A stretch of DNA of 64,000 bases from Geopsychrobacteraceae bacterium (GTDB lineage Bacteria > Desulfobacterota > Desulfuromonadia > Desulfuromonadales > Geopsychrobacteraceae): the NCBI GenBank assembly GCA_963662315.1, contig OY759353.1, positions 480,001 to 544,000 of the forward strand. The letters run 5' to 3'. A program made the translations under genes and the position numbers. How positions within the stretch are numbered: position 1 is the first letter of the stretch; the number at the start of each line of letters is the position of its first letter. The notes beneath the pieces were generated by a model, which was not told the DNA's origin, made no database searches, and saw nothing but the letters and a program-made list of their open reading frames with translations. Positions 8,763 to 16,706 of the stretch are shown here, one piece after another.

Positions 8763-10337
8763 ATGGCCTTATATTTTCGTGAAATTCCATTACTCCTCAC
8801 CGAAGAGGAGGACCTCCTCCCGGTCAAAATCGCTCAGCGTATCGGACTAAAACCACATCAGATCCTCAGTTGGAAGATCGTTCGTAAAGGCATTGACGCC
8901 CGGAAAAAGGCCCAACTGCTGAGAGTTTATACAGTAGAGTTCTGTTGTGCTGATGAAGATACTGTACTTGCTGACAATGCACAGATAAAAAATCTTGGTA
9001 AGGTCGAACCCTTTTCGCCACTGGTGGTGCCCCGTTTGGGAGCAGCGGAGCATGTTGTTATTGTTGGGATGGGGCCGGCAGGGCTGTTCGCCGCGCTAAC
9101 TCTGGCGGAATCCGGAGCACGGGTGACCCTGGTCGAGCGAGGCAAGCCGGTGGCGGAACGATTAGCCGATGTCCGTTCCTTTTGGGGTGGTGGTGAGCTG
9201 AATCCGGAAAGTAATATCCAGTTTGGTGAAGGGGGAGCTGGAACCTTTTCCGATGGCAAACTGACCTGCCGTCTAAGCGATCCTCTGATCCAGGCGGTTC
9301 TGCAACGTCTGGTGGAATTTGGCGCACCGCAGGAGATCCTGTGGCAGGCTAAGCCGCATATCGGCTCCGACCGGCTGCGCGGAGTTTTGTTGCTGTTGCG
9401 TCAGCATTTGATAAATCTTGGTGTTGATATCCGTTTCAACTGTCGGTTAAGCCGCCTGGAAATTGAGCAAGGGCGCTTGACCGGAGCAATTGTGAACGAT
9501 ACCGAACATATGACCTGCGCGCGCCTGATTCTGGCCACTGGTCACAGTGCCCGGGATACCTATGAGATGCTCAATGCGGTTGACGTCAGGCTGGAACCAA
9601 AAGCTTTTGCTGTCGGGCTACGGGTTGAACATCCCTTTGAACTGATCAATGAAATTCAGTACGGTATCCGCCAGCATGCCATGTTGCCTGCGGCTGATTA
9701 TCGGTTGGCGTGGAATAATCCGAAAACCGGTCGCGGGGTTTACTCCTTTTGTATGTGTCCCGGTGGGATGGTGGTTAATGCATCATCGGAAAACCAGCAT
9801 CTGGTCGTGAACGGCATGAGTGACTACAAGCGTGATGCTCCGTATTCCAACAGCGCTTTGGTCGTTACTGTCACTCCTGCTGATTTTGCTTGCTCTGACG
9901 TGTGTGCTGGTATGCAGTTTCAGCGCCGTTGGGAACATGCAGCCTTTGTGGCCGGGGGAGGGGACTGGCATGCTCCCGCCCAGAGTGTCACTGAGTTTTT
10001 GTTTGGGCAAGGTTCTCTGGTCGCTTCTTCTTGCCGTCCGGGCATCGTGCATGCCGATCTGCAGCAATGTTTGCCTGCTTTTGTGGCGGCTGAGATTCGC
10101 CAGGCATTACCCCATTTTGAGCACAAAATGCATGGGTTTGTTAGCCGGGAAGCAACCCTGATTGGTGTTGAAACCAGAACTTCGGCACCAATGCGTATTG
10201 TCCGCGATAAGAGCGGTGAGTCCGTTTCAACGCCTGGATTATATCCTGCCGGTGAAGGTGCCGGTTATGCCGGTGGTATAATGAGTGCCGCCGTCGATGG
10301 TATTAAAACCGCTGTTTCTATTATTCACAGTCTTTAA
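8763..10337 (+). CDS. FAD-dependent oxidoreductase (uncharacterised family)
   Basis: IVGMGPAG, FGEGGAGTFSDGKL, SFCMCPGG and GEGAGYAGGIMSAA motifs. Confidence 0.9.
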   Translation: MALYFREIPLLLTEEEDLLPVKIAQRIGLKPHQILSWKIVRKGIDARKKAQLLRVYTVEFCCADEDTVLADNAQIKNLGKVEPFSPLVVPRLGAAEHVVIVGMGPAGLFAALTLAESGARVTLVERGKPVAERLADVRSFWGGGELNPESNIQFGEGGAGTFSDGKLTCRLSDPLIQAVLQRLVEFGAPQEILWQAKPHIGSDRLRGVLLLLRQHLINLGVDIRFNCRLSRLEIEQGRLTGAIVNDTEHMTCARLILATGHSARDTYEMLNAVDVRLEPKAFAVGLRVEHPFELINEIQYGIRQHAMLPAADYRLAWNNPKTGRGVYSFCMCPGGMVVNASSENQHLVVNGMSDYKRDAPYSNSALVVTVTPADFACSDVCAGMQFQRRWEHAAFVAGGGDWHAPAQSVTEFLFGQGSLVASSCRPGIVHADLQQCLPAFVAAEIRQALPHFEHKMHGFVSREATLIGVETRTSAPMRIVRDKSGESVSTPGLYPAGEGAGYAGGIMSAAVDGIKTAVSIIHSL

Positions 10338-10349
10338 ATAGAGGATATT

Positions 10350-11492
10350 TTGAAAGAAATTTACGTAGAACAGATTAGAGAGCGTGAGCCGATTGTCACT
10401 ATTTTCCTGGTTCGGGAAAAGACCGTTGCCATGGCTAAAAACGGCAAGCCTTACATGACGCTGAAACTGATGGATCGCACCGGGGAAGTTGAAGGGCGTG
10501 TCTGGGATAACGTAGAATACCTGGAGAAAGCTTTCGCTAAAAACGATTTTGTCCGGGTCAGTGGTAAAGCGAGTGTCTATATGGGTAAGTTGCAGCTGGT
10601 TATCCAGGAACTGGCACGCCTTGAGGAAAGCGCCGTCGATCTTTCTGATTTCGTTCCGGTTTCACAGCGTACTGTCCCTGACATGCGCGCTGAACTTGAT
10701 GTTTTGCTGGACAGCCTGACTGATCGTCATATCGCGGCGCTGTTGCATAGCTTTTTTGATGATTCGGATTTTTTCAGTCGCTACAGCAAGGCTCCGGCGG
10801 CCAAAGGGATGCATCATGTGTACCTGGGCGGACTGCTTGAACATTCCCTGGCCGTTGCCGCGTTAGCCTGTGATGTGTCAACGCGTTATCCCAAGGTTAA
10901 TCGTGACCTGTTAATCTGTGGAGCTCTGTTGCATGACATCGGCAAGGTTGCCGAATTGGCCTATAACCGCTCTTTCGATTATACCGATGAGGGCAAGTTG
11001 CTGGGACATATCATCATTGGTGTGCAGATGATCGAAGACCGGGTCCGCAACATCGCCGGGTTCCCGGATGAACTGTCGATGATGATTAAACACCTTCTGC
11101 TGTCTCATCATGGTCAATATGAATATGGTTCGCCGAAACGCCCCAAATTTCTGGAAGCGGTGATTCTCAACTTTATTGATGACCTTGACTCCAAGATCAA
11201 TGGTGTTTTAAGCCATATAGAAAGAGAACCGGATAATCCTGGCAACTGGACAGGTTATCACCGCTTGTACGATCGTTATTTTTATAAAGCCGGACATACG
11301 GACAGTGCTTCTGTTGAATCGCCGGTTGCTGATAGTAAGCTCGAGCCAATCAGTTATCGTCCGGCGCAAAAATCTGCTGAAAAGAAAAAGAATTCGTTTA
11401 ACAAGCCGCTGGGCGCGACTTTGGGAGAACAGCTTAAAGAGAAGAATCTGGACCTGTTCGCATCAATGACCAGAAAAGAGGATACAAAGTGA
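10350..11492 (+). CDS. YhaM/Cbf1-family OB-fold plus HD-domain 3'-5' exoribonuclease
   Basis: N-terminal OB fold; APAAKGMHH, GGLLEHS, LLHDIGK and SHHG motifs. Confidence 0.9.
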   Translation: MKEIYVEQIREREPIVTIFLVREKTVAMAKNGKPYMTLKLMDRTGEVEGRVWDNVEYLEKAFAKNDFVRVSGKASVYMGKLQLVIQELARLEESAVDLSDFVPVSQRTVPDMRAELDVLLDSLTDRHIAALLHSFFDDSDFFSRYSKAPAAKGMHHVYLGGLLEHSLAVAALACDVSTRYPKVNRDLLICGALLHDIGKVAELAYNRSFDYTDEGKLLGHIIIGVQMIEDRVRNIAGFPDELSMMIKHLLLSHHGQYEYGSPKRPKFLEAVILNFIDDLDSKINGVLSHIEREPDNPGNWTGYHRLYDRYFYKAGHTDSASVESPVADSKLEPISYRPAQKSAEKKKNSFNKPLGATLGEQLKEKNLDLFASMTRKEDTK

Positions 11493-12109
11493 TTTTAGAA
11501 AGCTTACCGAGCGGCCCGCTCGATGTGAATTGTTATATCTTAGGTTGCGAGAAAACCAAAAAATCTATCATTATCGATCCGGGTGGCAATGTGCCCCAGA
11601 TTATGGCTTTGCTCCATAAGCATGGTCTGGAAGTTGAAATGATCATCAATACCCATGGTCATTTTGATCATATCGGAGGGAACAAAGAGCTTACAGAAAA
11701 GACCGGGGCACCGTTGCTGGTGCATCGTCATGACAGCAGTCTGCTGGTTCAGGCCCGGGAAACAGCAGCTATTTTCGGGCTCAGTGCCAACCCGTCACCG
11801 GCTCCGACCCGGGAACTGGTCGGACGTGAACAATTGACCGCTGGCGAGGTATCGCTACGGGTCCTGCACACTCCTGGACATTCACGTGGTGGAATCTGCC
11901 TGTATACGCCAGGGCATGTTTTTGTTGGCGATACCCTGTTTGCCGGGTCGATTGGCCGCACGGATCTGCCGGAAGGGGATTATTCACTGTTGCTCGCCAG
12001 TATTAAAGAACAATTGCTGACCTTGCCGGATGATACCAAGGTGTATCCGGGACATGGGCCGGCGACGACTATTGGTTACGAAAAACAGAATAATCCGTTT
12101 TTGGTATGA
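11489..12109 (+). CDS. MBL-fold metallo-hydrolase (glyoxalase II-like)
   Basis: THGHFDHIGG, HTPGHS, GDTLF and PGHG motifs. Confidence 0.93.
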   Translation: MILESLPSGPLDVNCYILGCEKTKKSIIIDPGGNVPQIMALLHKHGLEVEMIINTHGHFDHIGGNKELTEKTGAPLLVHRHDSSLLVQARETAAIFGLSANPSPAPTRELVGREQLTAGEVSLRVLHTPGHSRGGICLYTPGHVFVGDTLFAGSIGRTDLPEGDYSLLLASIKEQLLTLPDDTKVYPGHGPATTIGYEKQNNPFLV

Positions 12110-12118
12110 GGGGATAAC

Positions 12119-13321
12119 ATGTTGAAAGGGAAACATATCGTTCTCGGCGTCAGTGGCGGTATTGCTGTTTACAAAGCTGTCGAACTGTTGCGTCTGCTGA
12201 CCAAGGCAGGTGCTGACGTTCAGGTTGTTATGACCAAAAATGCCTGTGAATTTGTCACACCGTTGACCTTTCAGACTCTGTCCGGTAACCCGGTGCATAC
12301 GGACCTGTTCAACCTTTATCAGGAGCGAGAAATAGGGCATATCTCCTTGGCGGATCGCGCCGACCTGTTTGTTCTTGCTCCGGCAACGGCCAATCTCATC
12401 GCTAAAGTTGCGCAGGGACTGGCGGATGATCTGCTGACCACCAGTATTATGGCGACCAAGGCTCCAGTACTGGTGGTTCCTGCCATGAATACCAATATGT
12501 ACGAGAACCCCTTTTATCAGAAAAATGAGCAGCTGCTTAAAGAGCATGGCTACCATGTGCTGGAGCCCGCTTCCGGAATGTTGGCTTGCGGCTGGGAAGG
12601 GAAGGGGAAACTGCCTGATCCTGAAGTTATCTTTAACGCTGCCCAGGTGTTGCTGGCCCAAAAAGACCTGCTGGGAATCCGTATGCTTGTCACGGCAGGG
12701 CCGACCAGGGAAGAGGTTGATCCGGTTCGTTACATCAGTAACTACTCTTCCGGAAAAATGGGGTTTGCCATTGCACAGGTCGCCTGTCAGCGCGGCGCGG
12801 AGGTGACTCTTGTCAGCGGTCCGGTCAACCTGCCTGCCCCTTATGGCGTCACTTACGTTGCTGTTAACAGCGCCGCTCAGATGCGGGAGCAGGTGGTGTC
12901 TCGCATGGCAGATATGGATGTTGTCATAAAAGCGGCTGCGGTTGCTGATTACCGTCCTGCTGATCGCGCCTCCCAGAAGGTCAAGAAGAAGGAAGATGAA
13001 CTCGTTCTAAACCTGGAAAATAATCCTGATATTCTGGCCGAACTGGGGCAATTGAAAACCTCGCAGATCCTAGTAGGTTTTGCAGCTGAAACCGAAAATC
13101 TGCTCGACCATGCGAATCAGAAACTGAAAAGGAAAAACCTTGATATGATCGTTGCCAATGACGTCAGCAGAGAAGGTGCCGGCTTTGACGTTGATACCAA
13201 CATCGTCCGTTTCCTTTATGCTGACGGGCGTGTCGAAGAGCTTGACCTGATGGCCAAATCTGCTGTGGCTGAACAGTTGCTCGACCGGGTGGTGTCGCTG
13301 CGCCAGGGGCAGGCGCACTGA
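12119..13321 (+). CDS. coaBC: Bifunctional phosphopantothenoylcysteine decarboxylase/ligase
   Basis: GVSGGIAVYK, PAMNTNM, TAGPTREEVDPVRYISNYSSGKMG and GFAAET motifs. Confidence 0.98.
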   Translation: MLKGKHIVLGVSGGIAVYKAVELLRLLTKAGADVQVVMTKNACEFVTPLTFQTLSGNPVHTDLFNLYQEREIGHISLADRADLFVLAPATANLIAKVAQGLADDLLTTSIMATKAPVLVVPAMNTNMYENPFYQKNEQLLKEHGYHVLEPASGMLACGWEGKGKLPDPEVIFNAAQVLLAQKDLLGIRMLVTAGPTREEVDPVRYISNYSSGKMGFAIAQVACQRGAEVTLVSGPVNLPAPYGVTYVAVNSAAQMREQVVSRMADMDVVIKAAAVADYRPADRASQKVKKKEDELVLNLENNPDILAELGQLKTSQILVGFAAETENLLDHANQKLKRKNLDMIVANDVSREGAGFDVDTNIVRFLYADGRVEELDLMAKSAVAEQLLDRVVSLRQGQAH

Positions 13322-14230
13322 TCATATAACCGTGAATAATGGTAAAATCTCATCTGGATTAGTGATGCCGAGTTTAAAGCGCTGGCGCAGTTCTCTGATG
13401 ATCAGGTCAGCGTCCTCCTGACGTAATTTACCGTCCAGCCAGAGGAGATTAAGGTTTTTGCGGATTAGCCCTGCGGCATTCAGGGCGCGTTCGCCGGTAG
13501 GGTCGGCCTGCCAATAGGGGCTGTCACTATTGCTTAAAATGCCGCTGACCGCCGCAAAACTCATGGCCATATACTCGTGATGTTCGCTCTTGTCGAATTC
13601 CCATTTTGAACGTTTCGCCATGGCAAAAATAATTTTATGCCAGCGGCGCAAGCGACTGACCAGCATCATGGAGTTAAAGATCTGCTTGTTGGTACTGAAC
13701 GAAAATATAGTATCAGATAAAGATTCACTGAGCATTTTGTCATGGGCTCGGTTATCGCGGTGGGCAATTTTTTTTGCGGCGGCCCAGGTAGCTTTCTGGA
13801 TCCCACTATCAGCGCGGATTTCCCAGTAGGCATGGTTCAACAGGACACTGTTGTAGGTCATGGCGAGTTTGTAGGGGACAAAGTAATTGTGTGCGATGGT
13901 GTCGGCGGCCAGATGCGAAAGGTAGCCGTAAGCACACGCTTGTGCTGCCGGGCTGATATTCTCAGCCCGCTCAAGGATTTTGTGGCCGATCCGCCAGTTG
14001 TGGCAGTGCTCCAGGTGATGGGTGTATTTTTTGCCCAGGGTAATATCGGCAGCAATACAGCCATATAGAAAATCATAGGGGTTGCTGCTGAGCAGGGTTT
14101 GCAGAAAGCCGGGCAAGAGTTCGGTGGTTTTTAACAGACGTAATCCCAAACTCAGGTGCACTCCAGCTCCCCAGGCGAACGCGTCAGCCGGAAGAATAAT
14201 GATGATAATCAGCAGTAGCAGTATTCTCAT
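13322..14230 (-). CDS. Exported zinc-dependent phospholipase C/P1-nuclease-like protein
   Basis: Signal peptide ending AFA, mature N-terminus WGAGVH; GCIAAD, HCH, GYLSHLAADTIAH and HAYWE metal-ligand motifs. Confidence 0.8.
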   Translation of the reverse strand: MRILLLLIIIIILPADAFAWGAGVHLSLGLRLLKTTELLPGFLQTLLSSNPYDFLYGCIAADITLGKKYTHHLEHCHNWRIGHKILERAENISPAAQACAYGYLSHLAADTIAHNYFVPYKLAMTYNSVLLNHAYWEIRADSGIQKATWAAAKKIAHRDNRAHDKMLSESLSDTIFSFSTNKQIFNSMMLVSRLRRWHKIIFAMAKRSKWEFDKSEHHEYMAMSFAAVSGILSNSDSPYWQADPTGERALNAAGLIRKNLNLLWLDGKLRQEDADLIIRELRQRFKLGITNPDEILPLFTVI

Positions 14231-14275
14231 GTTACGCCGTTTCCGAAGTGGGATGTGTCCCGGGTGTTAAAAAAG

Positions 14276-15007
14276 ATGTCTTCTGAGAAATTATATCACG
14301 AATGCCATGGAATAGTCCGCCAGGGCAAGGCTATGTTGGAGCAGCTTCAAGACTGGGGTTTTTCTACGCTGTATGCTGAGGCTGAGCCGGTCAGCGCTCC
14401 TGAACTTACGGTGGGGCGCGAAACCCCGGCGCCGTGCACGCTTGTCAAAAGTATAGGGCCGGAAACACTGCCCGAACTGGAAGCCAGCCTGAAGGGGTGT
14501 CAGGAATGTGCTCTTTGCCAGGAGCGGACCAATATCGTTTTTGGTCAGGGGAATCCGCATGCTGAGCTGGTTCTGGTTGGCGAGGCACCAGGCCGCGAAG
14601 AGGATAAACGTGGGTTTCCCTTTGTTGGAGAAGCTGGGCAACTGCTGGAAAAAATACTGTTTGCCATGGGACTCAAACGTGACGATGTCTATATCTGTAA
14701 CGTTATCAAATGCCGGCCACCTAAAAACAGAGATCCTTTGGTGGACGAAATTGCCGCTTGCGAGCAGTTTTTACAGCGCCAGCTGGCGATCATTAAACCG
14801 CGCCTGATTATTACTTTGGGACGCTTTGCTGCGCATACTTTGCTGCAGACTGATCTGCCGATCGGGCGTCTGAGAGGTCAGTGGCGTGAATATCAGGGAA
14901 TTCCCCTGATGCCGACCTACCACCCCGCCTATCTGCTGAGAAACCCTGCCGGAAAACGTGACGTCTGGCAGGATGTCAAACAGGTTATGCAGCGCTTGAA
15001 GAATTAA
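14276..15007 (+). CDS. Uracil-DNA glycosylase family 4 (Fe-S)
   Basis: CQECALC, VGEAPG, PFVG, NVIKCRPPKNRDP and TYHPAYLLR motifs; start could be 14255. Confidence 0.95.
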   Translation: MSSEKLYHECHGIVRQGKAMLEQLQDWGFSTLYAEAEPVSAPELTVGRETPAPCTLVKSIGPETLPELEASLKGCQECALCQERTNIVFGQGNPHAELVLVGEAPGREEDKRGFPFVGEAGQLLEKILFAMGLKRDDVYICNVIKCRPPKNRDPLVDEIAACEQFLQRQLAIIKPRLIITLGRFAAHTLLQTDLPIGRLRGQWREYQGIPLMPTYHPAYLLRNPAGKRDVWQDVKQVMQRLKN

Positions 15008-15072
15008 AGTTTTAAAAAGGCTGCAAAAACTGCGAAAGATATGGGTCGTGTGGTCGTGGCTAACGGGTCGAT

Positions 15073-15441
15073 TCAGGCGACAATGTCAAGATAGGTGCCA
15101 CGGGAGGGGACTTGGGGCGCCGCTGTTTTCTGATAGCGCTGGGTCTGACTATTGCCGGGACCTGATTTCCCCTGCGGCTGCACTGCTGCCTCATTGTTCA
15201 AAAAATACAATTCGGCAGCCAAACGGTTTGAATGAAGCTTGGCAGAACTGATGGCTGCCTTAGTTTGATGAGTGGGAGTGTCAACGTACTCAGCATCCAG
15301 AATCTCTGCAGATCCGGCATTCTGGTTGTAGCGGTAACTTGCACGTGCCCGTTCGGCTTGCTCTGTCGCTGCCTGTTTTTGACCTGTTTGTGAGGAAATC
15401 TGGTTGAGCAGGTCGGACGCTGATGAATGGTCGATTCGCAC
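15073..15441 (-). CDS. Hypothetical protein (Q/A/S-rich, C-terminal RGTYLDIVA)
   Basis: Occupies the gap between udg and sbcD; protein-like composition; start uncertain. Confidence 0.65.
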   Translation of the reverse strand: MRIDHSSASDLLNQISSQTGQKQAATEQAERARASYRYNQNAGSAEILDAEYVDTPTHQTKAAISSAKLHSNRLAAELYFLNNEAAVQPQGKSGPGNSQTQRYQKTAAPQVPSRGTYLDIVA

Positions 15442-15565
15442 TATAAGGTGAGTCCTGTCATAAACAAAAAACTTTATGTTTAGCTCCTAAGTATATGTAA
15501 AACTGTACTTAAATACAAGAATGCAGATGCGCTTCAGCACTGAATCTTATCAAGCGGAAATTGAA

Positions 15566-16705
15566 ATGCGTATTTTACACACCTCCGATTGGCACCTGGG
15601 ACGGCAGTTCTATGGTCAGTCCCTGCTTGCTGATCAGCAGCTTGTTCTGGACCAGATTGTCGCTGTTGTCAGGGAGCGAGAGGTTGACGTCGTTGTTATC
15701 GCCGGTGATATCTACGACCGGTCGGTCCCACCGTCAGCTGCTATTGATGTTCTTGATCATACCCTGACGTCCCTGTGCCGTGACCTTGGGGTTCCGGTTG
15801 TTGTTATTTCTGGGAATCATGATGGAGGAGATCGCTTAAATTTTGGTGCGCGCCAGATGGCCGCCTCCGGTCTGCATGTTGTGGGTAAATTATGGGACCA
15901 ACCGGAAGAAATCATTGTTTGCGGGCGAGATGGCGATCAGCTGGCTTTTTACCCCATACCTTATACTGATCCCGCCGCTGTCCGTTATCAACATGCTGTC
16001 GATGTTACGACTCATCAGCAGGCGATGGAGCATCTGGTTGCAATGATTGCTTCCGCTCGTCATGGCGATTTACCTGCTATCGCCGTTGCTCATTGTTTTC
16101 TTGCCGGCGCTGAAAGCTCAGAATCCGAACGTCCCCTGTCTCTTGGCGGTCTGGAATATGTTGATCCGCAAATATTTTCTCCCTTCGCGTATACGGCTCT
16201 CGGTCACCTTCACGGACCACAGGCGCGTTTTGATAACAAGGTGGTTTATTCTGGGTCTCCATTGAAATATTCCTTCTCCGAAGAGCATCAGCATAAGTCG
16301 GTCAGTGTTATAGATATCGTCTATGGTGCTATTCAGAACTTTGAACGTGTCCCATTGAAATCAGTAAAAAATATGCGCACCATCGAGGGTTCGCTTGAGC
16401 AATTGGTCAGCGCCGGAAAGAGCGACCCCGCCTGTGAGGATTACCTGCAGATTCGCCTGACCGACACCCACGCGATTCTCGATGTTATGAACAAATTACG
16501 CGACGTATACCCAAATGTTCTGCACCTTGAGCGTCCGGGGCTGATGCGCCAGGAGCAGGTCAGTTGTCAACGTGATCTGCTTGCGCGTGGTGAGTTGGCT
16601 ATGTTTGCCGATTTTTTTCAGCAAACCACCGGGGATGTGCTGACGGCCGAACAGCAGAACATCATTCGTGATGAGCTGGAACAACTGCATCGCGAGGACG
16701 TCTGA
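15566..16705 (+). CDS. sbcD: Exonuclease SbcCD subunit D (Mre11-like)
   Basis: HTSDWHLG, AGDIYD, GNHD, ALGHLH and YSGSPLKYSFSE motifs. Confidence 0.96.
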   Translation: MRILHTSDWHLGRQFYGQSLLADQQLVLDQIVAVVREREVDVVVIAGDIYDRSVPPSAAIDVLDHTLTSLCRDLGVPVVVISGNHDGGDRLNFGARQMAASGLHVVGKLWDQPEEIIVCGRDGDQLAFYPIPYTDPAAVRYQHAVDVTTHQQAMEHLVAMIASARHGDLPAIAVAHCFLAGAESSESERPLSLGGLEYVDPQIFSPFAYTALGHLHGPQARFDNKVVYSGSPLKYSFSEEHQHKSVSVIDIVYGAIQNFERVPLKSVKNMRTIEGSLEQLVSAGKSDPACEDYLQIRLTDTHAILDVMNKLRDVYPNVLHLERPGLMRQEQVSCQRDLLARGELAMFADFFQQTTGDVLTAEQQNIIRDELEQLHREDV

Positions 16706-16706
16706 A

